Program-made: the position numbers and the translations under genes
Notes under the pieces: generated by a model
Seen by the model: the letters and a program-made list of their open reading frames with translations, nothing else
Told to the model about the DNA's origin: nothing
Database searches by the model: none
In this document: positions 8,384-16,394 of the stretch, piece after piece
Position numbering within the stretch: the stretch's first letter is position 1
Layout: every line of letters starts with the position of its first letter
Source of the DNA: a virus
DNA length: 64,000 bases
Direction: 5' to 3' (one strand)
IMG/VR virus record: IMGVR_UViG_3300048999_000052
Span: 1 to 64,000 of that record

Positions 8384-8655
8384 GGACGGCGGACGGGGAG
8401 GGTTTCGAGCCCTCCGTGGTGGTCGCCATCCACCACCCCCCATACAGGGGCCGCCCTTGGCCGGGAACACGCTGGTCAAGCAAGGTTTCGGTGGCCGTGT
8501 AGCCGCGCCACCCTAACCAACGCTTCGCGTGACTACCCGCTATCCCAGCCCCTCTGACCCACCGGTTCTCCTAGGCAGAGGAGACCGACACACAACACCA
8601 AGCAGATGCCGTCCTACACCTCACCGGTTAGGTCGGCTCCTCTGTGCGCTCTCCG
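8384..8655 (-). ncRNA. Candidate structured RNA with a tRNA-like 3' module
   Basis: ~320-nt intergenic gap with many helices; ends GTGGTGG/CCACCAC arm, GGAGGG-CTCGAAA-CCCTCC T-arm, CCGTCCGCC. Confidence 0.5.
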
Positions 8656-8657
8656 AT

Positions 8658-8696
8658 GGGCAAGCAAAAACCCCAGCCGTCCTACTTGGCTGGGGT
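8658..8696 (-). terminator. Intrinsic terminator after the SPFH gene
   Basis: ACCCCAGCC/GGCTGGGGT stem then TTTTGCTTGCCC. Confidence 0.75.
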
Positions 8697-9599
8697 GTAG
8701 TTGATGGACCCGCCAGCTGGTACCGGCAGGAACGGGATGTTGCCCTTGTTCATGGCATCCCGAAGTAGTTGGAGCTGCTGCAGCTGCAGGAAGCCCTGCA
8801 CGCCGTACAGCTTGATCAGGTCCGCCTGGCTCTGCGCCTGCGACTGCTGAGTCGAGTTGCGCGTGGCCTGAGCGGCCGAGTCGGCCTTGGCGTCAGAGAT
8901 GCTGCTCGGCGGCTGGGCCTGGTTCAGGCTGATGCTGAACTGACCGCAGTCGTCGCTGCTGTTGGGCTTGTAGTTCGGCTTACAAAAGTACGGCTCACCG
9001 CCGGTGACCTGCTCGATCGACTTGACGATCTGCTCGGCGGCCTTCTTCTGCCACTCGTTCTTCTTGGCCGCGTCGCCGGTCAGGTCGTCGACGGTATAGT
9101 CCAGGGTGACCCGGTCCAGAGCGTTCTCCACCGGGACGCCGATGTACTTGGCCAGCATGTCGTTCCACTTGTCGAGCCCGTGATCAGTCGGTCCGAAGGC
9201 CGTGCCGATCTGTTCGTGGAACTTGCGGAGGATGTCCTCCTTGTCGTTCAGGGTGAAATAAACGGCGCCTTGCACGGTCATCTTGATCCCGCCCTTGGCG
9301 AGGACCTCGATGGCACCGCGCTCGGCGCCGGGGGTGTTGTCCAGGAACTGGTAGTCCCGGGAGTTCACTGGGTAGCGGTACTCGTCGTCGTTGGCTCCCT
9401 TGCCACCGGTACGGGTTCCCGCGGGGATGTACTTCTTGAAGTCCTTGGCGTGGAGTCCGCCGTGGTAGATCAGAGCTGCCTGATCAACCGGGGTAGAAAC
9501 GCTGCACGCTGCGGTGCCCATGAGGAGGGCGCCAGCCGCGGCAATGGCCAAGGCGATCCGCCCGCCCCTTTCGGGGCGAGGGAACTTGAAGTTTTTCAC
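8682..9599 (-). CDS. SPFH/Band-7 domain lipoprotein
   Basis: Lipobox TAAC; YRYP..RDY.F, I.V.AK.G..M.V.G.VYF.LN pattern; C-terminal coiled coil and G.IPF.PVP.G tail. Confidence 0.8.
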   Translation of the reverse strand: MKNFKFPRPERGGRIALAIAAAGALLMGTAACSVSTPVDQAALIYHGGLHAKDFKKYIPAGTRTGGKGANDDEYRYPVNSRDYQFLDNTPGAERGAIEVLAKGGIKMTVQGAVYFTLNDKEDILRKFHEQIGTAFGPTDHGLDKWNDMLAKYIGVPVENALDRVTLDYTVDDLTGDAAKKNEWQKKAAEQIVKSIEQVTGGEPYFCKPNYKPNSSDDCGQFSISLNQAQPPSSISDAKADSAAQATRNSTQQSQAQSQADLIKLYGVQGFLQLQQLQLLRDAMNKGNIPFLPVPAGGSINYTPAK

Positions 9600-9904
9600 T
9601 ACAGATTGCTCCTTGCTGACGAGCGAGCGGCCTGCTCGCTTCGATGGGTGGTAATGGCGATCAGGATCGGGTCGGCCAAGTTAGGGCACTCGCTTTGCCA
9701 CAACTTGCACAGATCCACGATCTTCTCGTTGAGCTGGTCCTCAGCCGCCAGCTCAGCGATTTGGCGATCAACCTTGCGCTGTAGGACTCGCTTCGGAGCG
9801 AGCCGGTCGTGCCTGGTGCTGTACCTGTACACCAGGAAGATCCCGAGTGCGATCAACAGAATGACCAGCACCGGGACCAAGAAGTATTTGGCGAGAGTGA
9901 GCAT
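9599..9904 (-). CDS. Single-pass membrane protein
   Basis: N-terminal TM helix followed by basic residues; coupled to the SPFH gene. Confidence 0.7.
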   Translation of the reverse strand: MLTLAKYFLVPVLVILLIALGIFLVYRYSTRHDRLAPKRVLQRKVDRQIAELAAEDQLNEKIVDLCKLWQSECPNLADPILIAITTHRSEQAARSSARSNL

Positions 9905-10278
9905 CAATCCAGTCCTACTGTGTGGTTCGAGCTGAAGACCTCGAACGGGCCGAAGTCGTCCAAGAACCCTCGGGTCCACGGCCAAGACCCGTCCCTGGCC
10001 ACGCTGCTGCCGGTCAACATCCGCCACCCGTTCTTGGATCGGGTCCAGAGGTTGCCCTTGCGATCCGCAAGGATCGAGTTGTGATCCGGCTCGTCCGGGA
10101 TCGGCTTGGGGTGAATCCGATCGATCTGGTCGCGGCTGATATCGAACCGGACCCGATCGCCCATCTTGCTCTGTCGGGCCACAGTGACGTAGTTGTCGCC
10201 CGGGGGTGCGTCGTACTCCACCGAGCAGAGGACCGAGACGCGATCGCCCTTTCTCAACTCCTGTTCGTTGTCAGTCAC
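9904..10278 (-). CDS. PDEPD...GPF family paralog 1
   Basis: GTGA-coupled; PIPDEPDHNSIL...W...W...FGPFE. Confidence 0.7.
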   Translation of the reverse strand: MTDNEQELRKGDRVSVLCSVEYDAPPGDNYVTVARQSKMGDRVRFDISRDQIDRIHPKPIPDEPDHNSILADRKGNLWTRSKNGWRMLTGSSVARDGSWPWTRGFLDDFGPFEVFSSNHTVGLD

Positions 10279-10886
10279 TTGATCTCTCCGGTTGGTTTGA
10301 ACTCGTCGAACGGACCGTAGTTTTCCCAGACGTCGGGCCACTCCAGTCCGGTGTCGAACTTCTCGTCGCCGATCACCTGCCAGACGCCACCCGTGAACCC
10401 GAATAGCTGACCAGCTTTGCTCTTCAGCAGCGACTTGCGGTCGGGCTCGTCTGGGATTGGCGCCGGAGTGCGTCCGAGGATGTCGGCTTTGGATACGGCG
10501 ATTGAGTGCGAGCCGTGAGCGTCTTTGATCGCCACGGCTATTGATTTGTGCTGGGCTCTGTCCTTTCCTGCGATCCGACCCCGGATCAGCACGTACTCGC
10601 CGACGTCGTAGTACGGCGCCCAACGGTGGCTTGAGCCGCTGGTACTGATGGTGCTGCGCGTGGCGGGAGTCTTGGTGCAACCCCCGCCGGCGGCGATGTG
10701 CCCGTCGTTGTCGCAGATCCACTTCTGGGCTCGCTCTCCAGGCAGCTTGTCCTCGACCAGCCCGACCAACACCAGTGGATAGGGGTGGCAATCGGAGTCG
10801 TACAGAGCAGTATCGCTGTACGGAACTTTGGTGCAGTTCTTCTCCAGGACGACGTGTTTGGCCTGGTGACAGATGTAGTAGGTCAT
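10275..10886 (-). CDS. PDEPD...GPF family paralog 2 with two Cys/His repeats
   Basis: PIPDEPDRKSLL...W...YGPFDE; two C-x4-H-x6-CT units. Confidence 0.75.
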   Translation of the reverse strand: MTYYICHQAKHVVLEKNCTKVPYSDTALYDSDCHPYPLVLVGLVEDKLPGERAQKWICDNDGHIAAGGGCTKTPATRSTISTSGSSHRWAPYYDVGEYVLIRGRIAGKDRAQHKSIAVAIKDAHGSHSIAVSKADILGRTPAPIPDEPDRKSLLKSKAGQLFGFTGGVWQVIGDEKFDTGLEWPDVWENYGPFDEFKPTGEIK

Positions 10887-12154
10887 CAGCTGATCCGGCC
10901 CTTCGGGCAGTACTCATCGAACGGACCGTAGAGGCGCCAGACCGTGTCCCAGTCGAAGGACTTGTCGGTGCCTACCATGTGCCACGTCTCCCGGTCCTGT
11001 CCCGACCAGAAGACCCCGTCGTCATCACGCAGGCTGATCAGGATGTTGCCGTGGTCCGGCTCCTCAGGCAGCGGCGACTGGGTCTTAGCGATGATCGCTG
11101 AGCTGTTCACCGGCTTGGTGAAGTGTGTGCCGTCCGGGTATTGGAACCGCAGCTCGTAGAAGTCCCTGCCAGCAGCCGCCCCGGTGACGACCTGAGCCCG
11201 GACCAGTACCCAGTCCTCGTACTTGACCTCGGAGTCGTACTCGGCCAGGATCGCACCGGGGCGGCCCCTAGTCAGCAAGCTGGGCTTGTCCTGGAACTCG
11301 ACCGGGTCGGTTGTTACCAATCCGAGCAGTTCGGCGTTCTCCGGCTTGGCCAGCTCCTCGGCTACCTGAGTGGCCAGTGGAGTGACGACATTCGGATTCT
11401 TCCCATGCAGGTACTCGCCGGTGGTGACCAGCTCATCATCATCTGCGCCGACGATGGCTTCAGCCACCTGAGCTGCGTAGCTCTTCGGCGGGGTGTAGCG
11501 CACGTACGGCGAGCGCTGGCCCTTCTTGAAGGCCGACGCGTCGTGGTAACCGTGGGTACTGTCCTTGGGCACGTGCTCGTACCCAACGGTGGTGCAGGCC
11601 TGCTTCTGCTGGACGTGGTCGTACAGCTGGCAGTAGTACCGCAGCGGGTCCACGGCCAGGTCGACGTCCACGTACTGCAGATCAACCGCGACCGGCGAGG
11701 TTGTCAGCTCCTTGGCGCCCGGCTTCTCGACCGGTCCGGGGTGTCCTTCTACTGGCTTAACACCGTTCCAGTCCACTCGATCCAAGACCTTGCCCATGAT
11801 CTCCTGGTTCATCCGCCAGTCCTCTACTGAGACCCAAGTGTGGGTAACTTCTTGGCCCCGGGCCTTGAGCGCGTCCAGTCGCAGCGTGTCAGGGGCCGCG
11901 AAGCCATTGGCGCCTTTGGTGCAGATCAGCTGGCGTTCGACGTGGTCGAGATCGGCGCACAAATATCGCTTCGACAAGTCCAACTTCACTTGCTTCTCCT
12001 TCGGTAGCCGGTATTCATCTGGCGAATGCAAAAGGACCGCAACCGGCCGGTGCGGTCCTTCGCATGTGTGGAACTCGGTTTCAGTCCACACTTTGGTCTG
12101 GATCAGTTGTCTTGGCACGCACCAGACGTACTTCCCGGTGCTGATCCAACTCAC
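10886..12154 (-). CDS. PDEPD...GPF family paralog 3 with Cys/His repeats
   Basis: PLPEEPDHGNIL...W...YGPFDE; C-x4-H-x6-CT units. Confidence 0.75.
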   Translation of the reverse strand: MSWISTGKYVWCVPRQLIQTKVWTETEFHTCEGPHRPVAVLLHSPDEYRLPKEKQVKLDLSKRYLCADLDHVERQLICTKGANGFAAPDTLRLDALKARGQEVTHTWVSVEDWRMNQEIMGKVLDRVDWNGVKPVEGHPGPVEKPGAKELTTSPVAVDLQYVDVDLAVDPLRYYCQLYDHVQQKQACTTVGYEHVPKDSTHGYHDASAFKKGQRSPYVRYTPPKSYAAQVAEAIVGADDDELVTTGEYLHGKNPNVVTPLATQVAEELAKPENAELLGLVTTDPVEFQDKPSLLTRGRPGAILAEYDSEVKYEDWVLVRAQVVTGAAAGRDFYELRFQYPDGTHFTKPVNSSAIIAKTQSPLPEEPDHGNILISLRDDDGVFWSGQDRETWHMVGTDKSFDWDTVWRLYGPFDEYCPKGRIS

Positions 12155-12336
12155 TTAGCCTTCAGCTTCGCGCGGGCAGCCTTGGCTGCTGGCGTATTGC
12201 GCAGCTGATTGGCCCGGATGAGGTTCTGCTTGGTGTCACCGAGCGGGTCCACTTCACTCCAGGCTTCTTGGTGGATAGCCATGCGAGCGGCCCGCTCGTT
12301 GTTTTCTTCCCTTGCTTTCTTGAGCCACTTCAACAT
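12151..12336 (-). CDS. Small basic hypothetical
   Basis: Coupled ORF. Confidence 0.6.
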   Translation of the reverse strand: MLKWLKKAREENNERAARMAIHQEAWSEVDPLGDTKQNLIRANQLRNTPAAKAARAKLKAK

Positions 12337-12389
12337 GGCTCATCATCTCCCCAGGAGTGCGGGGAGGCCAGGGGTTACCTGGCCATCCC

Positions 12390-12758
12390 TCACGCGGACT
12401 TTTCAGCGGCGACGGCGGCTTGCTTGAACCGCCGGTTACGGCGCTTGCCAGACTCGGCCCGTACCTCAGCACGGGTGATACGGTGCCCATCGTCTGGCAA
12501 GTTGAGGTAGTAGCCCTCAGGCTCGTCGTAGCTGTAGTTACCTACCAGATCCCAGGACGGGACCATGAATACCCCTCGTCGAAGCATTGAACAGCGCAGG
12601 CAATGGTCCACCTTCGTGCACTGAATCACGACCTTCTTGGTGTTCGAGACTAGCTCCTCGTCTCTGAGCCAGTCCCAAGCATGGCCGTACTCATGGCACG
12701 CGAGAAACTTTGGATTCAGTTTCTCCAGCGTGGATCGTTTCTGCGCCTGTCTTGGCAT
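12390..12758 (-). CDS. Conserved actinophage Zn-binding protein (CxxxGHAW...CxRC)
   Basis: FLACHEYGHAW...CLRC...YSY..PEGY motif. Confidence 0.75.
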   Translation of the reverse strand: MPRQAQKRSTLEKLNPKFLACHEYGHAWDWLRDEELVSNTKKVVIQCTKVDHCLRCSMLRRGVFMVPSWDLVGNYSYDEPEGYYLNLPDDGHRITRAEVRAESGKRRNRRFKQAAVAAEKSA

Positions 12759-13423
12759 TAGCTCTCCAGTTGGTTAGCGATCTCGTTGAACGTGACATCC
12801 TCTTCCCAGATGCGCCTGGACTTCAGACCCAGCTGGAAGGCTTCGAAGAAGCTGTAGGACATACTCAACTTGCCCCACTCGTGGACGTTCTTTCGGTTGT
12901 GCGGCAGGTCGAGCGTGCGGAACGCCATTGTCAGCGCCTGGGCTCCGGTGGCGATCCCGGTGTTGAATCGATCCCGCAGGAAGTACTCCCCGCGGAACCG
13001 GGTGGTCAGCACCTTGAGGTTGTCTCGGTCCTCGTTCAGTGCTGCCTGGAACGTCTTGTAGTCGTGCACCCGGGTATCCCAGCGCGGGTCACCCAGCAGG
13101 TAGCCGAGGGCAAACACGCCACAGACCACGTCACAGCCGGTGGTGTTGAAAACCCTCTCGTAGGCATCGACGGCTGCCTGTGCCTCCTCATCGGTCTCAT
13201 CCACGTCATTCGGACTGAACTGCTGTGCCTTTTCGGCAGCCGCGACGATCGCGCGACCGACAATGTCGCCCCAACGGTTGACCAGGGGCTTCAGTTCCTG
13301 CAAGTACTCATACTCCGAAGCTTGTGGGTCCAACATGGTGATGCCTGACCGAGACGCCGCCATCGCGAGCTGCGGCATATCGATCATGTCTGCTGCCTTG
13401 GAGACGGCGTCAGACAGTTGCAC
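12758..13423 (-). CDS. Hypothetical protein
   Basis: GTG start after GGAGG; TAATG coupling at the stop. Confidence 0.7.
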   Translation of the reverse strand: MQLSDAVSKAADMIDMPQLAMAASRSGITMLDPQASEYEYLQELKPLVNRWGDIVGRAIVAAAEKAQQFSPNDVDETDEEAQAAVDAYERVFNTTGCDVVCGVFALGYLLGDPRWDTRVHDYKTFQAALNEDRDNLKVLTTRFRGEYFLRDRFNTGIATGAQALTMAFRTLDLPHNRKNVHEWGKLSMSYSFFEAFQLGLKSRRIWEEDVTFNEIANQLES

Positions 13424-13571
13424 GAGGTACCTCCCGGAAGAACAGCTGAGCAAGTGTGGCTTTGATGTAGCCGAACAGGATCGCTTCGTAAGGTGACGCG
13501 GGAGACGCCAGGTAGAACCTCCGGCCCAGCATGAAGGCCTTCAGCGCGATCGTGCGGATGAGGTGGAACAT
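13410..13571 (-). CDS. Small hypothetical (53 aa, not in ORF track)
   Basis: MFHLIRTIALKAFMLGRRFYL...; GGAG RBS; fills the gap after the promoter. Confidence 0.5.
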   Translation of the reverse strand: MFHLIRTIALKAFMLGRRFYLASPASPYEAILFGYIKATLAQLFFREVPRATV

Positions 13572-13595
13572 GAGACTCCAGTCCGTCGTAGGTAG

Positions 13596-13623
13596 AGTGT
13601 AACCCTACCTACCCAGATTACAA
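13596..13623 (-). promoter_or_regulatory. Putative sigma-70-type promoter with overlapping inverted repeat
   Basis: TTGTAA-N16-TACACT; the -10 is flanked by GTAGGTAG/CTACCTAC (13588-13612). Confidence 0.45.
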
Positions 13624-13628
13624 AGCAA

Positions 13629-13662
13629 GAGGGGGAGCAGGCCCCAGTGCCCACTCCCCCTC
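13629..13662 (-). terminator. Terminator after the AAA ATPase gene
   Basis: GAGGGGGAG/CTCCCCCTC stem extended by inner pairs, then TTGCTTT. Confidence 0.65.
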
Positions 13663-13706
13663 CTCCTGCTAGTTACAACGTGTTACGAGAACTGCGACTA
13701 CGGGCC

Positions 13707-15299
13707 TTAGTTGATCTCCTCCGGCTTCAGCTCGATGACGCCGTAGTCGTTGACCTTGTGACGCTGCAGGGTGTCCTCCACGTGAGTCTCGATCAGGTCG
13801 CCGATGGTCAGTCGGTCGGCCTTGTCCTTGGCGTTGTCGTGCAGATCGTGCTGCGGCTTGAGCAGCAACGCGGCGGCGACGAAGTCGTCGGTGTTCAGCC
13901 GGTAGCGCAGGTCATCCTCACGGATGATCGCGGCCCGCTGTGCCGAGACGAAGGTCTCCTTGATGAAGGCAGGCTCGTAGCCCTTCATCGCCTGGTGGAC
14001 ACGCGGCCAGTCGATGTCGGTGGCCAGCTTGCCCTCGGGGATGGAGACCTTGATCAGCCGCTCGACACCGGCCTCGTCCAACGGGCCGATCTCGATGGCG
14101 GCGTCGATGCGACCGGCCCGGAGCATGCCCTTGTGCATGTCCGCGGCCTTGTTCGAGGTCATGACGACCATCACATCGTTGTTCTTCACCGCGATGCCGT
14201 CGAACAGCTCCAGCATCTTGGAGTTGTCCTCGTCGGTGCCAGCCGAGGCCAGCACATCGATATCCTCGATGCCGACGACGCACGGCGCGTACAGCGCCGC
14301 CGTCTGCATCACCTGGGTGAGGTTGTCCTTACCCGTGGTGCACTGGATGAAGGTCCAGCCGTTCTCGATCGCGGTCTGGGCGGTCAGGCCCAGGGCCAGC
14401 GACTTGCCGGTGCCGTACGGACCGTGCAGGACGGCCTTGACGTTGACCGGCAGACCTTCACGCTTCTGGAGTGCCGCAGTGCGGATGGTGCCCCAGATGG
14501 AGTTCTCCAGTCGGATGAAGACCTCCTCGGCGTACACGACCTTCTTGCGGTCGATCCGGTACGGGTCGATGAACATCGGCTTCTCCACGCCGACGAACGC
14601 CTTCCCGCGGTAGATGCTGTTGTCCTTCAGCTCCTGTTCGATCGCGACGAACAGGCCCTCGATCGCGGCACCGTGCTTCTTCGGCGCCTTGACCGTGAGC
14701 CGGAACAGCTCGCCGTACTGGTGGTCCCGGGTGACGCCGGTGGTGATCACGGCGTCCAGCAGCGGGAAGTTGATGTTGCCCCAGGGAACGCTGATCTCCT
14801 TGTTGACGTCCACCTCGATCTGGATTTTCTCGGGCGGCTGCGGCCCGAACATCGTCATCTGCATCGCACCCTCGCCGGCGGTGCCGAAGACCTTCTTCAG
14901 CGCCAGCTGCAGGGCGTTCGCGCCGTCCCACGGGCGGTACTTGAAGATGCGGGTGTAGGCGTGCTCCATCTCTTCGTTCTTCGCCGCCGCCGCGAGGATC
15001 TTGGCGGCTTCCGCCTTGGACATGGTCTGCGGGTCAGTCGGCAGACCGATCGCCGTGCCCGGGATGTAGTTGATGCCGGACTGGTCGGTGATCTTTTTGC
15101 CGCCCAGCTCCACCAGCAGGTGGTAGGTAGCCTGCCGGGCCAGCTCCTGGGCCTCTTCGAAGGTCTGCGGGCGAGCGGCGATGTCCTGAACGTTCATGGT
15201 CACGCGGGTATCTCCTTGTTCAGTCTTGCTGATGAGGTCGTGCAGTCCGCTGCTGAATCCGGTCAGCAGCCCCCGTCGAGGGTCGAGCTCTTCGCTCAC
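13707..15299 (-). CDS. AAA+ ATPase
   Basis: Walker A GPYGTGKS, Walker B VVGIEDID, sensor MTSN, arginine finger LRAGRID. Confidence 0.92.
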   Translation of the reverse strand: MSEELDPRRGLLTGFSSGLHDLISKTEQGDTRVTMNVQDIAARPQTFEEAQELARQATYHLLVELGGKKITDQSGINYIPGTAIGLPTDPQTMSKAEAAKILAAAAKNEEMEHAYTRIFKYRPWDGANALQLALKKVFGTAGEGAMQMTMFGPQPPEKIQIEVDVNKEISVPWGNINFPLLDAVITTGVTRDHQYGELFRLTVKAPKKHGAAIEGLFVAIEQELKDNSIYRGKAFVGVEKPMFIDPYRIDRKKVVYAEEVFIRLENSIWGTIRTAALQKREGLPVNVKAVLHGPYGTGKSLALGLTAQTAIENGWTFIQCTTGKDNLTQVMQTAALYAPCVVGIEDIDVLASAGTDEDNSKMLELFDGIAVKNNDVMVVMTSNKAADMHKGMLRAGRIDAAIEIGPLDEAGVERLIKVSIPEGKLATDIDWPRVHQAMKGYEPAFIKETFVSAQRAAIIREDDLRYRLNTDDFVAAALLLKPQHDLHDNAKDKADRLTIGDLIETHVEDTLQRHKVNDYGVIELKPEEIN

Positions 15300-15544
15300 T
15301 CGTTGCCCTGCAGGTCGTCTGCCAGTTCCAGGCAGCCGCGGCAGGACACTCGCATGGTCGAGTTGTGCTCGTGGACGGTGTAGTGCGGCTCCCCGGACTT
15401 CTCGAACGGGATCTTCTGATCGGGAGCCAGCACCACACGGGTGTAGTCCTCGAACGCCTTGATCAGGTGCTTGTACTGGCGTTCGGTCGTCGGCGATTCG
15501 TCAGGGACCATCAGGTCCATGGAGAGCCGAATTCGTTTTGCCAC
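15296..15544 (-). CDS. Hypothetical protein (HxH...CxxC)
   Basis: Coupled ORF. Confidence 0.65.
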   Translation of the reverse strand: MAKRIRLSMDLMVPDESPTTERQYKHLIKAFEDYTRVVLAPDQKIPFEKSGEPHYTVHEHNSTMRVSCRGCLELADDLQGNE

Positions 15545-15625
15545 TTTTCCTTCTTTCTCAGGGAACAGTTGGAGCAGGAAACACCCAAGGTCATCACTCT
15601 TGGGGGGCCTCGGCTCCGTGGCATT

Positions 15626-16003
15626 TCATCGCTGGGCAACCTTCAATGCTTCTTTCAGTTGCGCTGCCTCTTGGGTATTGAGTGGCTTCCAATTCAACTG
15701 GCCGGACTTCAGGTTGACGGTGAGCTGGTAGGCCTGTTCGTCACCCTGGACCACCACGTTGAGGCGTAGCGTCTTCTTCCCGCGGTAGGAAAGCACTACC
15801 GCTTTTGCCTCTCGCCACTCCTTGGAGTTCTGACGGCGAGACCGGATTATCCAGGTTTTCAACTTGCCGATGGGATCGAAGCGGAGTCCCAACTGGCTGA
15901 TATCGAAGAAAAACGTGAAGTAGTGATCTCCTATCTCACGCTGGTAGTAGCTTTTAGCGACCTGCTCGATCTTGGCCACCAGGTCGGGATCATCTGGCTT
16001 CAT
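15626..16003 (-). CDS. Hypothetical protein, visibly lower GC
   Basis: ATGA-coupled start MKPDDPDL; AT-richer codons than neighbours. Confidence 0.6.
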   Translation of the reverse strand: MKPDDPDLVAKIEQVAKSYYQREIGDHYFTFFFDISQLGLRFDPIGKLKTWIIRSRRQNSKEWREAKAVVLSYRGKKTLRLNVVVQGDEQAYQLTVNLKSGQLNWKPLNTQEAAQLKEALKVAQR

Positions 16004-16095
16004 ACGAACATCAAAACCAGCCAGGCCAATTTCGCCTGGAGCCGAAGTACCTGCACTGCTTTGTGGAGGAGCAAGCCTCCGACCAAGAACCACAT
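16000..16095 (-). CDS. Small hydrophobic peptide (31 aa, not in ORF track)
   Basis: MWFLVGGLLLHKAVQVLRLQAKLAWLVLMFV*; AGGAGG RBS; ATGA overlap. Confidence 0.55.
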   Translation of the reverse strand: MWFLVGGLLLHKAVQVLRLQAKLAWLVLMFV

Positions 16096-16109
16096 GGGTG
16101 AACCTCCTC

Positions 16110-16358
16110 TCAAGCCGCTGGGAAGTCTCCGACCAAGGACCGAAGTTGCAGTTCGGAGATGGTGGTGAACTCTCCGATCTGGCTGCGGCCGACAATCACT
16201 CCTTCCTCGTCTCGCACGATGATGGCGACTGCTCCGTGGTCGGAGAAGTCCACCGAAGACTTGACGCGGCTGACCACCCAGGCGGTCATCCTGGCAAGAT
16301 CATCCGCGTCAGTTTCGATGACAATCTCGGCGGTTAGCCGACGTACTTCCTTTGCCAT
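16110..16358 (-). CDS. Hypothetical protein
   Basis: GAGG RBS, 82 aa. Confidence 0.65.
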   Translation of the reverse strand: MAKEVRRLTAEIVIETDADDLARMTAWVVSRVKSSVDFSDHGAVAIIVRDEEGVIVGRSQIGEFTTISELQLRSLVGDFPAA

Positions 16359-16394
16359 CCGTTTCCTCTCTTCATGACCGGCTCACCGGTCGTT

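Noticed and set aside
8384-8655. tmRNA or functional tRNA-Tyr/Ser
   Set aside because: No GGGG 5' end, no G3-U70 alanine identity or tag ORF; local acceptor stem missing, anticodon stem only 3 bp, no CCA; kept only as a tRNA-like candidate
9904-10917. 337-aa ORF as listed in the ORF track
   Set aside because: Its N-terminal two-thirds overlaps the better gene 10275..10886; the true start is likely the GTG at 10278
13647-15383. Long plus-strand ORF (578 aa) and similar antisense ORFs (8769..9935, 16861..17844, 58014..59363, 44789..45733)
   Set aside because: Shadow ORFs opposite or in alternate frames of clear genes; expected in high-GC DNA; no motifs or RBS
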